From: Planctomycetota bacterium
Lineage (GTDB): Bacteria; Planctomycetota; UBA1135; UBA2386
DNA: 64,000 bases
NCBI GenBank assembly: GCA_046290465.1
Contig: JBKAGP010000001.1
Span: 6,336,001 to 6,400,000, forward strand
Direction of reading: 5' to 3'
Shown: positions 20,542 to 30,353 of the stretch, piece after piece
How the letters are laid out: each line of letters begins with the position of its first letter
Position numbering within the stretch: position 1 is the first letter of the stretch
Notes under the pieces: generated by a model
The model's input: only the letters and a program-made list of their open reading frames with translations
The model's database searches: none
What the model was told of the DNA's origin: nothing
Translations under genes and position numbers: made by a program

Positions 20542-21624
20542 TCAGCGGCGGCGGCGGGGGGTGGGTTGGTCTTCGAGGGCTTCGGGGAGGTCGGGGGCGA
20601 AGACGATGCGCAGGCCCTGGTTCTGTTCGCGCAGGCGCACGACGGCCTTGGCGCTGACGTCGGTCTTCCAGACGTAGAGGTTCTCGAGCTGCTTCAGGTC
20701 GGCCAGGGCCAGCAGCGCGTAGTCACCGACGCGGGTGTCGAACAGGTTGAGGGTGCGCAGCTCCTTGCACGCGGCGAGCTCCTTGACGCCGGCGTTGGAG
20801 ACCCGCGACTGGCGCAGGTCGAGCTTGGTCAGCCGCTCCATCTTGGCGATCACGGCGCAGCCGCCGTCGCCGACCTGGCTGCGCGCCAGATCGAGCTCGA
20901 AGATGTGGTCGGCGATCGGCAGCAGCTGCGCCATCGCGCGGTCGTCGACGGCGTCGGTGCGGCCGCAGCAGCTGACGCGCAGCAGCGGGTTGTCGTCGCC
21001 GATGCTCTTTACCGAGAACACCGCGTCTTCACCGCCGAACGGCGCGAGCTGCGCTGGCTTCACCGGGTTCAGGCCCTTGCTGAGCGTGACCACCGGCGAC
21101 TTGCCCTTCTTCTTCGGGGTGCCCGACTTCCGGGTCTTCGACGGGCCAGTCTTCGACGAACCGGCCTTCGACGAGCCCTCCTTGTCGTCCTTCTTCTCGT
21201 CGCCCTTCTTCGGCGGAGCCTCCCCGGTCCACTTGCCGTAGTCGGCGCCCTCCTCGATCCAGCGCTTGATCAGTTCGACCTGCTTGTCGGACAGCGGCGG
21301 CCCCTTCTTCGGCGGCGGCATGCGGTCCTCGTCGTCGGCCGGCAGCGTGATCGACTCCATCAGCATCGAGTCGTCCGGCTTCTTGGCGATGATCAGTTTG
21401 CCGCGCTTGCTCTTCTGGATGTTGGCGAGCGTGTCGAGCATGACCCGGCCCTTCGGCCGGCGCTTGCGGCCGTTCTCGTCGACGTAGGTGGCCTGGTGGC
21501 ACTCGGTGCAGTGCTTCTCGAAGATCGGAAAGATGTCTTTGGCGAAGTCGACCTTCGGCTTGTTCGACTGCGCCGTCAGCGGCGCGATCAGGACCATCAA
21601 CAGCAGGGCCAGGCGGGTCATCAT
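20542..21624 (-). CDS. Planctomycete cytochrome c (PSCyt1-type) domain plus leucine-rich repeats, secreted
   Basis: Signal peptide ending LTA-Q. VDFAKDIFPIFEKHCTECH...RMPP...LIKRWIEEGA, followed by LRRs (LTKLDLRQSRVSNAG, LRTLNLFDTRVGD, LENLYVWKTDVS). Confidence 0.88.
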   Translation of the reverse strand: MMTRLALLLMVLIAPLTAQSNKPKVDFAKDIFPIFEKHCTECHQATYVDENGRKRRPKGRVMLDTLANIQKSKRGKLIIAKKPDDSMLMESITLPADDEDRMPPPKKGPPLSDKQVELIKRWIEEGADYGKWTGEAPPKKGDEKKDDKEGSSKAGSSKTGPSKTRKSGTPKKKGKSPVVTLSKGLNPVKPAQLAPFGGEDAVFSVKSIGDDNPLLRVSCCGRTDAVDDRAMAQLLPIADHIFELDLARSQVGDGGCAVIAKMERLTKLDLRQSRVSNAGVKELAACKELRTLNLFDTRVGDYALLALADLKQLENLYVWKTDVSAKAVVRLREQNQGLRIVFAPDLPEALEDQPTPRRRR

Positions 21625-21704
21625 GCAGGGGTGGGGTCGGGGCGGGGGGGCGGACGGGTTCGGGCCGGAAGCCGCGCGGGCCGGATAGGACGGCCGATGC
21701 CGGA

Positions 21705-23024
21705 TCAGAAGATCTCGGTGATCGGCATGCCCTTGTCGGCCACCTGGAACGGGCGGCCCGACGGCGAGTAGAGCTTGTGGTCGGTCGGCAGGCCGCAGGC
21801 GTAGGCGATCGTCGCGTTGAGATCCTGGACCGAGGTCGGCTCGGAGTCGACCTCGCGACCTTCCTTGTCGGTCTTGCCGTAGCGCTGGCCGCCGCGCACG
21901 CCGCCACCGGCGAGCAGCGCGCTGAACGCCTTGGGGTAGTGGTTGCGGCCGTTGTCCTCGTCGATGTCGGGCGTGCGGCCGAACTCGCTGGTGAAGACGA
22001 CCATCGTGTCCTGCAGCAGGCCGCGCGCGTCGAGGTCGGCGAGCAGGGCGCTCAGGCCCTGGTCGATCTGCGGCGTCAGGTCCTCGAGGCGGTCGAAGTT
22101 CTCCGAGTGCGTGTCCCAGCCGCCGCTCATCACCTCGACGTAGCGCACGCCGTGCTCGACCAGGCGGCGCGCCATCAGGCAGCCGCTGCCGAACGAGCCG
22201 GTGCCGTAGGCCTCCTTGGTCGCCTGCGACTCCTGGTTCAGGTCGAACGCGACCAGGTCGCTGCTGCGCATCACCTTGACGGCGTCCTCGTAGGCCTGCG
22301 AGTACGAGTTGACCGAGGCCTGCTTGTGCTTCTCGCCGAACGCCTGGTCGAGCTCCTTGAGCATCTCGAGGCGGCGGTCGAAGCGGTTCTCGGTGACGCC
22401 GCGCGGCAGCTTGACGTTCTGCAGACCGTCGTCGGCGTTGCCGATCGGCACCGGCTGGAACTCGGCCGGGAAGAAGCCGGCGCCCGGCGCGTTGGCGCCG
22501 CCGCCGATGATCACGTGGCCCGGCAGCGTGTCGTTGTGGCGGCCGGCCATGCGGTGGCACCACGCGCCCGTGCTCGGGTGCTGGATCGTGCCGCGCAGCT
22601 CGTAGCTGGTGCGCATGAAGTACTGCGCCTGCTCGTGCGCGCCCTGGGTGCTGGTCATCGAGCTGACGATGCAGCACTTGTCCATGTGGCGGGCGGTCTT
22701 CGGCAGGTAGCCGCCGAGCTGGATGCCGTCGACGTTGGTCGCCACGGCCTCCTTCGGCCCGTGCGTCTTCTGGCCGGGCTTCGGATCGAGCGTGTCGATG
22801 TGGCTCATGCCGCCGGCCATGAACAGGTAGATGACGTGCTTGGCGGACGCGTTGCCGAGCACGATCCGCTTCGGATCCTGCGGATCCTGGTTCAGCGAAC
22901 GGGCCAGCAGCGACGGTCCGAACATGCCGGCCGCGCCGACGCCGAACATCGAGCGGGCCATGCCGGAGAGGAACGTGCGGCGGGTGTCGAGGTCGACGCC
23001 GCGGATGGTCTTGCGAAGCGACAT
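21705..23024 (-). CDS. DUF1501 domain protein (Tat-exported)
   Basis: Tat motif TRRTFL, plus IYLFMAGGMSHIDTLDPKP, GGWDTH and SEFGRTP...GRNH motifs. Confidence 0.92.
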   Translation of the reverse strand: MSLRKTIRGVDLDTRRTFLSGMARSMFGVGAAGMFGPSLLARSLNQDPQDPKRIVLGNASAKHVIYLFMAGGMSHIDTLDPKPGQKTHGPKEAVATNVDGIQLGGYLPKTARHMDKCCIVSSMTSTQGAHEQAQYFMRTSYELRGTIQHPSTGAWCHRMAGRHNDTLPGHVIIGGGANAPGAGFFPAEFQPVPIGNADDGLQNVKLPRGVTENRFDRRLEMLKELDQAFGEKHKQASVNSYSQAYEDAVKVMRSSDLVAFDLNQESQATKEAYGTGSFGSGCLMARRLVEHGVRYVEVMSGGWDTHSENFDRLEDLTPQIDQGLSALLADLDARGLLQDTMVVFTSEFGRTPDIDEDNGRNHYPKAFSALLAGGGVRGGQRYGKTDKEGREVDSEPTSVQDLNATIAYACGLPTDHKLYSPSGRPFQVADKGMPITEIF

Positions 23025-23062
23025 TGGGTTCTGCCTCTTGGTTGGATCGGGGTTGCGGCGGA

Positions 23063-25153
23063 TCAGCGGACGAAGCGGAACTCGTTGCAGTTGCAGAGCA
23101 CCCAGACGAGGTCGTCGATGGCCTTGCGGCCGTTGACGGCGATCAGCCGGCGCCAGCGGTCCGACTCGTCGGCCGTCGGTTCGCGGTTGAGCATCGTCAG
23201 GTAGGCGACGCGCACGCGGCGCTCGCCGTCGGCCGCGAGCTGCAGGTCGCGGCGCAGCGCGGACTCGCCGTTGAGCACGCGCTGGTCGAGGAAGCCGTTC
23301 ATCAGCGTCAGCACCTGCGGCACGGTGGCCACGTCGGTGCTGGCGTCGATGGTCTCGCGGTCGGACTGGCCGAACTGGCGCAGCACGTGGCCGAGGCGCG
23401 CGGGCTGCTCGAGGTCGCTGGCGCGCAGCAGGTCGCGCTCGGCGCCCTTGGCGGCGCGCGAACCGAGGTTGACGCCCATCTGCTCGAGGCGCTTGCGCAG
23501 CTCCTTGACCTTGGGCAGGTCGCCGTCGCGGCGAGCCTCCTCGAGCTCGCGCAGCAGCGGCCGCGCCCGCTTGCGGGCCATCTGGTCGCGGCGCTGCGCG
23601 GCCTTGGCCTCGGCGCGGCGCTCGCGCGCCATCTCCTGCATCATGCCGCGGTTGCCGCCCTTGACCATCGCCAGGATCTTCTCGGCGTCGGCGTCCTTGA
23701 GCTCGTCGTGGTAGGCGTAGACCGCCTCGGCGCGCTCGTCGGGGTCGCGCAGCCGTTCGTCGACGTCGTCGAAGACCAGCGTCAGCAGCGAGTCCCAGAC
23801 CTGCTGCGCGCTCATCCGGTGCAGGATCGGGCCCTGGAACAGCGGCGCGACGCCGGGCTGCGGGTCCTGGTCCTCGACCCGTCGCTGGAACAGCCGGGTG
23901 TGCACCAGCACGCGCTCGAACTGACGCAGGTCGAAGTCGACGCGCACCATCAGCTTCTCGAGTTCCTTGAGCAGCTCGGGGTGCACGGCCTTGGTCTTCT
24001 TCTTCCAGTCGTCGATCGGCTCGACCAGGCCGCGGCCGAACGTGCGCGCCCACATCCGGTTCGCGATCGTCTTCGCGAACATCGGGTTCTTCTTGTCGGT
24101 CATCCAGTCGGCGAGCGCGTCGCGCGACTCGACGCCGACGGCCTTCTGGTTGCGCCGGCGGGCGCGGGCGCGCTTGCTCATCGAGCGCGACGCGCTCGAC
24201 GACGGGTAGCGCAGCTTGACGTTGGCGCCGAAGATCGTGTCCGCCTTGACGGTGCTCGACGGGCGGGCGTCGTCGTACTGGTAGTCCTTCGGCAACTTCT
24301 CGAGGCCGCTGCCCGAACCGTGCAGGCCCTGCGTCAGTCGACGGACCAGGCGCAGCGCCGCGGCGCGGGTGCGCTGCGGCTCGTTGGCGAGCTTCTGCCG
24401 CATGCCGCGGTAGTTGACCAGCGCGTCGTCGTCGCGGTAGCGGATGCCGCCGAAGAACGCCGCCATCCCGAAGAACTGCTTCTGCGTCCAGTGGTCGAAC
24501 GGGTGGTTGTGGCACTGCGCGCACTCGAGCCGCGTGCCGAGGAACAGCCGCACCGTGTTGGCCATCGAGTCGTGCGGCATGCCGTTGTCGCGCATCAGGT
24601 GCCCGGTCGCACCGTTGTCGCGGCCGTGGGCGGCGCCGTCGGCGACCAGCATCTGCCGGACGAACTCGTCGTAGGGCAGGTCGTCGCGCACCGCCGTGCG
24701 GACGAAGTGGGCGAACGGCTCGCCGCTCAACTGGCGCTGCCGCGACTTCACGCGCAACAGGTCGAACCAGTAGTTGCTGAAGTGGCTGGTCCGGCCGGGG
24801 CTGTCGAGCAGCAGGTCGAGCAGCACCGCGCGCTTGTCCGGGTTCTGGTCGCCGAGGAACGTCTCGGTCTCCTTCAGCGTCGGGATGCGCCCGACGATCG
24901 ACAGGTAGGCGCGGCGCACGAAGGTCGCGTCGTCGACGTCGGGCTGCGGCTCGACCCGGTTGCGGCGCAGGCCCTTTTCGAGCAGGGCGTCGATGCGGGC
25001 GGCGTCGCGCAGCACGTCCTTGGTCGAGCGAACGTCCTCGACGCGCTGCTTGGGCCGCTGCGGGTTACGCGCGGCCGTCTGGGCGTCGACGGCGACGGCG
25101 GAGCCGAACAGGGCGAGGGCGAAGACGACGCTCGTACGGGGGATTCGGTTCAT
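23063..25153 (-). CDS. DUF1549/DUF1553 (PSCyt2/PSD1) domain protein
   Basis: FVRRAYL.IVGRIPT, FLGTRLECAQCHNHPFDHWTQ, NRMWARTFGRGLVEP.DD, HPELL..L and W.L.N..EF motifs. Confidence 0.92.
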   Translation of the reverse strand: MNRIPRTSVVFALALFGSAVAVDAQTAARNPQRPKQRVEDVRSTKDVLRDAARIDALLEKGLRRNRVEPQPDVDDATFVRRAYLSIVGRIPTLKETETFLGDQNPDKRAVLLDLLLDSPGRTSHFSNYWFDLLRVKSRQRQLSGEPFAHFVRTAVRDDLPYDEFVRQMLVADGAAHGRDNGATGHLMRDNGMPHDSMANTVRLFLGTRLECAQCHNHPFDHWTQKQFFGMAAFFGGIRYRDDDALVNYRGMRQKLANEPQRTRAAALRLVRRLTQGLHGSGSGLEKLPKDYQYDDARPSSTVKADTIFGANVKLRYPSSSASRSMSKRARARRRNQKAVGVESRDALADWMTDKKNPMFAKTIANRMWARTFGRGLVEPIDDWKKKTKAVHPELLKELEKLMVRVDFDLRQFERVLVHTRLFQRRVEDQDPQPGVAPLFQGPILHRMSAQQVWDSLLTLVFDDVDERLRDPDERAEAVYAYHDELKDADAEKILAMVKGGNRGMMQEMARERRAEAKAAQRRDQMARKRARPLLRELEEARRDGDLPKVKELRKRLEQMGVNLGSRAAKGAERDLLRASDLEQPARLGHVLRQFGQSDRETIDASTDVATVPQVLTLMNGFLDQRVLNGESALRRDLQLAADGERRVRVAYLTMLNREPTADESDRWRRLIAVNGRKAIDDLVWVLCNCNEFRFVR

Positions 25154-25265
25154 GGCGATCCGGGGTGGGCGCGACCGGTGCGCCCGGAGGTCCTGTTGAA
25201 CGCTCTGTTGGCCCGATCGGCCATAGGGGGGACAGCCGTGAAGGCCGTCCCCCGTAACCAGGATG

Positions 25266-28200
25266 TCACTTGCTGACAGGGGCTTGCGTGCTGCGACGCT
25301 TGAGGGATGCGATCACGCAGCCGCCCTCGACGACCCCCGCGACCGGCACCCCGCGGCCCGGCCGACGCTCGAATCGGTCCGCCCCCAAGTTCTTGTGGAG
25401 GCTTCGGATACGCGCGATCGCCGCGTCGAGGCGGGCCTCGCCGAGCGCCTTGCAAGCAGAGCGCGTGCGGCGGGCAGCGGCGCGCGGGTTGGGGTTGCCG
25501 AGCTGCTCGAGCGCGCCGGACAGCGCCTGCAGCAGTTCGCCGAGGTGGGTGTCGATCGCCAGCAGTTCCTGCTGGCGACGGATCGCCTCCTGGACCTTGC
25601 CGGCGCCGTAGAGCGCGACCACGTCTTGCGCGATCGGGGCGCGCCGGGTCTCGAGTTCGGCGCGGGTCCGCTGCAGGCCGGCGACCGTGCCCTCGAGCAC
25701 GTCCCGCGGCGGGTTGGCGAGTTCGCGCGCATGCGGCACGTCCTGCTCGCCGAGCTGGTGGCTCAGCACCAGCACCAGCGTGTCGTCGTCGAGCAGCGCC
25801 GCGAGGATGCGGTCGAGGTCGGCGGCGTCGGGCAGCGGCGAGCCCGGGGCGTACGGCAGCATCGCCTGGATGTCGGGCACCTCGGCGTCGGTGCCGAAGA
25901 ACGCGCCGGTGATCGTCGTCGCCGTGCGCGAGCCGGCGCTCGCGATCGAGTCGCCGATCAGCTTGACCAGGCTCTCGACGACGCGGTCGACGACCTCGCT
26001 CTGGCCCTCGGGACCCGGCGGCACGTCGACGTTGAGCGGGATGCGCTGTTCGTCGTCGTTGTTGCGCAGCAAGAACAGCACCGTCTGCAGCGGTGCCGGC
26101 AGGCGCAGGTAGGTCGAGATCGGGCCGTCGGGCGGCTCGTCGAGCGCCAGCCAGGTGAACACGTTGTCGCTGCGGATCTCGAGGCCGTCGTAGCCCTTCA
26201 GCTTGAGCGCGATGTGGGTGTCGAACAGGCCGTCGGAGATCTCGACGCCCGCCTGCTTGGCGAGGCCGCGGAACGCCGACAGCTCGAGCCGGTCGACGCT
26301 CAGGTTGATGCGGCCCTTCGGCTGCGGGAACAGCGTCAGCCGGCCGTCGGCCGTCATCCGGTCGAGCATCGGCCGCTGCTGCAGCTCGTGCTCGTCGTTG
26401 CCGCCGACCAGCGCTTCGGCGCTCGAACTCAGGAAGCCGCTGATGACCGAGCTCTTGACGACCCGCCGCTCGAGCTCGATGTCGCCGCCGCGCACCGTCG
26501 TCGAGAACGACAGCGGCAGCGGTTCGGAGAACGCGCGGGTCGAGAAGCGCGACACCTCGAGGTCGGTGTCGACGAGGTGGAGGTGGGTGCGCGGCTCGGT
26601 GGTCTGGTCGCGATAGTCGACCGCGACGCCCAGCACGCGCAGGTGGTCGATGGCGAGTTCGAAGTCGTTCTCGCGGTCGCTCGGCGTCGGCGTCGGCGTC
26701 GGAACCGGCGTCGGTTCCGACGCCGGAACGCCTTCTGGCGCTGCCTGGGGTTCCGGCGCTGGCCGTGGCGCGGGTTGGTCCGCGGCGATCGCCGCCGGTT
26801 CGAGCAGCACGAAGCCGGCGACGTGGGTGCCTTCGGCGTCCTTGTGGGCGCGCAGCACCGGCTCGTCGATGTCGAGCGAGCGCAGCAGCACGCTGCCGCT
26901 GCGTGGATCGATGGCGCGCGCGATCGCGTCGATGACCGCGACCTTGGCGTAGACCTGGTCGCTGCTGCCGTCGCGCAGCACGACGTCCTCGAGCACGAGT
27001 TCGCCGCCGAACGGCCGCGAGAAGTCGAGCACGCTCGGGTCGCGTCGCTTGAGGTCGAGGCGGGCGTGCAGCGTCGCGGCCAGCGTCAGGTCCTTGGCCT
27101 CGCCGCGCAGCGTGTCCTGCAGCGACGGCATCAGCTCGACCAGCCGGGTCGTGTCGAAGTCGTCGAGCGAAAGCGTCAGGTCGAGCGTCGGCGTCAGGTC
27201 GAACGGGTTGGCGGTCGCGTCGGCGCGGAGGCTGGCGCCCAGCGGGTCGACCGCGCCGGTGATCGCCAACGTCATCGGCTTCGGCTCGTCGGCCTTCGGA
27301 TCCCCGAGCCACGGCTGCTTGAGTTCGAGCGACAGGCTGGCGCCGATCGGCGGCCGCTCGCCGTCACTGCGGTCGCGGAACTCGAACCGCTCGAGTTGCA
27401 CCAGCAGCTCGTCGATGCGCACCTTCGGCAGGTGCAGCTGCGCTGTGGGCGCGCTCGGCGCGGCGGAGCCAGCGGTCGGATTGTCGGCGACCGGTTCCCC
27501 AGCAGGCTTCTCCCCAGCAGACTGCTCGCCAGCGGACGGCTCCGCCGCCTGCTCCGGCGCCTTCGGCTGGGTCGTTTCCGCGCTGGCCGTGGCGAGCGCG
27601 AACCCCGGCACCAGCAGTTCGTCGCCGGTCGTCGCGACGCTGGCGCGAACGCCGGCGACGCGCAGCTTGCGCACGTGCACTTCGTCGGGGTTCAGGGTCG
27701 GGACGTCGACGACGACCTCGTCGATCGCGGCCGCCTCGACGTCGCGATCGGTGATCCGCACCTCGCGCAGGGTCGCGTCGATCGCGGTGGCGCCGGCCAG
27801 CGCCACGTCGGCGTCGAACGCGGCGTGCACGGTGCCGTCGTCGAAGGTGCAGCGCACGCCGTCGGGCAGCAGCGACGCGAGTTCGGAGGCGACCAGCTTG
27901 CTGGCGGTCAGCTCGCCGGAAGCCGCGATGCGTTCGGGGCTGCGCTGCAGGTTGGCCGTCAAATCGACCTTCGCCTGGGCGTCCGAGATGCGCATCGCCA
28001 GCGTGATGTCGACCGGCGCGCTGCGGCGCGGCTGCGGGCCGATGGTCAGGTCGAGGCCGACCGCGCGGCTCTGCTGCGGGCGCAGCGCGTCGGTCCACTT
28101 CAGCGTGGCGCCGCGCACCTCGACGGCGCCATGCTGCAGGTGGAACGGTGGCGCGCTCGCGGCGGCCGGCTGCGCCGCCGGCTGTGGTGCCGCCGGCGAG

Positions 28201-30353
28201 CCAGCTGGTGCCGCCGGCGATCCGGCCGGCGCCGCCGCGCCGAACGCCAGTCCCAACGCGCGCAGCTGCTGCTCGGCATCGCGCTGCAGCTCGACGTACG
28301 GATCCTGCACCGTCCACGTGCCGAGGTGCAGGCCGTCGTCGGCGACCAGCAGGCCCTCGCCGCGGATCGCTCGCAGCGACAGCCAGCGCGTCGTTCCGTC
28401 GGCCAGCCGCAGGTCGCTGAGCTGGGCGCTGGCGGCGAGCTGCGGCTGCAGCTGCACGTCGGCCTCGAGCTTCATGGCGAGTTCGCCGTCGCGCAGCTCC
28501 GAGCGCATGCCGAGCGCGTCGAGCCACGGCTCCAGGCCGGCGAGCGTGACGCCCTGGGTCTGCCAGTCGAGCCGCGCCGTGACGCCGTCGGCGCGCGGCG
28601 TCAGGGTCAGTTCGCCGCGGCAGGAGCGCGCCACGTCGGGCACCGAGAACGCGATCTGCACGCGGCCCGGCGGCGCCTCCTCGCCGAACGCGAGCGCGTC
28701 GGCGCGCACGTCGAGGCCGGCGAGCGTCAGCGTGGCCGGGGTGGGCTTGCTCTGGTCGGTGAACGACACGTCGACACCCGACCAAGAGAACGCCCCCAGC
28801 CGCAGCTTGGGCAGCGGCGACGGCGTGGTCGCGGCGGGGGCGGCCGGCTCGTTGCTCTCCGGCTCGGCCGGCGGTGCGGGAGCGGCGCCGGCGGGCGGCG
28901 GCGCGATGCGCAGGCCGGCGACCTGCAGCGAACCGTCGGCGAGTTTGACGACCTCCAGGCGCGGGCCGGCGAGCTCGACGCGTTCGATCGCGAGCGTGTC
29001 GTCGACCGTGCGCAGGTCCTGCACCGCGACCTTCGGCAGCGACAGCAGGCGGCCGGCCTTGCCGTCGATCGTCAGCCGCGACAGGTCGAACGTCATCGAC
29101 TCGCCGAACTCGGCGTCGGCGACCGCGCGCAGGTCGAGGCCGCCGTCGGGCAGCTGCACGCCGGCGGCCGCCAGCACCGGCCGGATGCGCACGCAGGTCA
29201 GGCCCTCGGCCGCGAGCGTCGCGGTGACGCCGGTGCGTCCCTCGACGGCGCTGAGCCGCGCCTCCTCGAGGCGCAGCGATTCGACGATGCCGTCGGCGTG
29301 CAGGGTCAGGCCGAGCGGCGTGACCAGGCCCTCGGCGGTCGGATCGGTCGGGCCGAAGGTCGCCGCGAGCGTGCTGCGCTCGATGCCGTCGAGCGCCAGG
29401 CCGAAGTCGAGCTTGCCCTCGAGCGCCGGCACCCTCGGCGCGCTCTCGAGCACCGCAGCGTGCAGGTCGCCGGCCAGCCGCACGTCGACGACGTGCGCGT
29501 TCTGGATCGCGTCGAGCAGCTCGGGCGGCAGCTCGAAGCGCTGCGGTCGGAAGCCGCGCACGACCGCCTGGAAGGTCACGTCGGCGGCACGCGAGGCCGC
29601 CTGCACCTGGCTGTGCACGAACAGTTCGTCGCACAGCTGCGGCGCGTGCACGCGCAGCTGCACCGAACCGTTGCGGTCGGGGAAGCCGACGTCGGCGACG
29701 TCGAGGTCGAGCTTGCCGGTGTGGTGGGTGGCGGGCTCGGTGGTGTGGTCGACGAAGTCGAACTGCAGGTCGTGCAGGCGCGTCGACGCGATCCAGCACG
29801 GCAGCGCGAAGTCGAGCGGTTCGTCGCTCGGCGGCTCGGGCTCGTCGGGCAGCTCGACCGGCGACGGCTGCAGCCACGCGGCGGGCAGGCGCAGCGTGCC
29901 GTCGGCGTTGCGATGCACGGTGACGCGCGCGCCGCTGACGCCGGCGTCGACGACCGACAGCTGGCCCGACAGCAGTTGCCGCATCGACAGGTCGGCGATC
30001 ACCTCCTGCGCGGTCAGCAGCGGCGGGGCGGAGGCGTCGTCGGCGTCGCGCACCACCAGGTCCTCGACCACCAGCGACAGGCCGGCGATCGACAGCGACG
30101 CGCTGCGCCACGAGACCGACAGGCCGGCGAAGCCGGCGCCGAAGTTGGCGAGCTGTTCGAGGAACAGCCACAGCAGCACGCGGGCGACCACCGCGGCGAT
30201 CAAGAGGCGCCGGGTCCAGCGCCAGTACCAGCGCGAGCGCCGCCGGGTCGGCGCGGTTGCTGCCGGCTGCGACATCGGCTGGGGCGTCGGCTGCGTCTCC
30301 GTTCGGCTCGGCACCGCGTCCGCTTCGGCCTGCTTGGCGTCGTCGCTGCTCAT
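25266..30353 (-). CDS. Large AsmA-like/DUF748 repeat protein with an N-terminal membrane anchor and a degenerate OmpA-like C-terminus
   Basis: 1695 aa with an N-terminal TM helix. Repeated beta-groove units (FDFVDH, VSFTDQS, LKWTDAL, FEFRDRS, VDYRDQT) are separated by Pro/Ala-rich linkers. Confidence 0.7.
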   Translation of the reverse strand: MSSDDAKQAEADAVPSRTETQPTPQPMSQPAATAPTRRRSRWYWRWTRRLLIAAVVARVLLWLFLEQLANFGAGFAGLSVSWRSASLSIAGLSLVVEDLVVRDADDASAPPLLTAQEVIADLSMRQLLSGQLSVVDAGVSGARVTVHRNADGTLRLPAAWLQPSPVELPDEPEPPSDEPLDFALPCWIASTRLHDLQFDFVDHTTEPATHHTGKLDLDVADVGFPDRNGSVQLRVHAPQLCDELFVHSQVQAASRAADVTFQAVVRGFRPQRFELPPELLDAIQNAHVVDVRLAGDLHAAVLESAPRVPALEGKLDFGLALDGIERSTLAATFGPTDPTAEGLVTPLGLTLHADGIVESLRLEEARLSAVEGRTGVTATLAAEGLTCVRIRPVLAAAGVQLPDGGLDLRAVADAEFGESMTFDLSRLTIDGKAGRLLSLPKVAVQDLRTVDDTLAIERVELAGPRLEVVKLADGSLQVAGLRIAPPPAGAAPAPPAEPESNEPAAPAATTPSPLPKLRLGAFSWSGVDVSFTDQSKPTPATLTLAGLDVRADALAFGEEAPPGRVQIAFSVPDVARSCRGELTLTPRADGVTARLDWQTQGVTLAGLEPWLDALGMRSELRDGELAMKLEADVQLQPQLAASAQLSDLRLADGTTRWLSLRAIRGEGLLVADDGLHLGTWTVQDPYVELQRDAEQQLRALGLAFGAAAPAGSPAAPAGSPAAPQPAAQPAAASAPPFHLQHGAVEVRGATLKWTDALRPQQSRAVGLDLTIGPQPRRSAPVDITLAMRISDAQAKVDLTANLQRSPERIAASGELTASKLVASELASLLPDGVRCTFDDGTVHAAFDADVALAGATAIDATLREVRITDRDVEAAAIDEVVVDVPTLNPDEVHVRKLRVAGVRASVATTGDELLVPGFALATASAETTQPKAPEQAAEPSAGEQSAGEKPAGEPVADNPTAGSAAPSAPTAQLHLPKVRIDELLVQLERFEFRDRSDGERPPIGASLSLELKQPWLGDPKADEPKPMTLAITGAVDPLGASLRADATANPFDLTPTLDLTLSLDDFDTTRLVELMPSLQDTLRGEAKDLTLAATLHARLDLKRRDPSVLDFSRPFGGELVLEDVVLRDGSSDQVYAKVAVIDAIARAIDPRSGSVLLRSLDIDEPVLRAHKDAEGTHVAGFVLLEPAAIAADQPAPRPAPEPQAAPEGVPASEPTPVPTPTPTPSDRENDFELAIDHLRVLGVAVDYRDQTTEPRTHLHLVDTDLEVSRFSTRAFSEPLPLSFSTTVRGGDIELERRVVKSSVISGFLSSSAEALVGGNDEHELQQRPMLDRMTADGRLTLFPQPKGRINLSVDRLELSAFRGLAKQAGVEISDGLFDTHIALKLKGYDGLEIRSDNVFTWLALDEPPDGPISTYLRLPAPLQTVLFLLRNNDDEQRIPLNVDVPPGPEGQSEVVDRVVESLVKLIGDSIASAGSRTATTITGAFFGTDAEVPDIQAMLPYAPGSPLPDAADLDRILAALLDDDTLVLVLSHQLGEQDVPHARELANPPRDVLEGTVAGLQRTRAELETRRAPIAQDVVALYGAGKVQEAIRRQQELLAIDTHLGELLQALSGALEQLGNPNPRAAARRTRSACKALGEARLDAAIARIRSLHKNLGADRFERRPGRGVPVAGVVEGGCVIASLKRRSTQAPVSK

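Noticed and set aside
25226..25253. GC-rich hairpin GGGGGACAGCC-GTGAA-GGCCGTCCCCC, whose core resembles 60821-60833
   Set aside because: The shared core is only about 12 nt in very GC-rich DNA. It is probably an ordinary terminator-like stem, not a repeat family.
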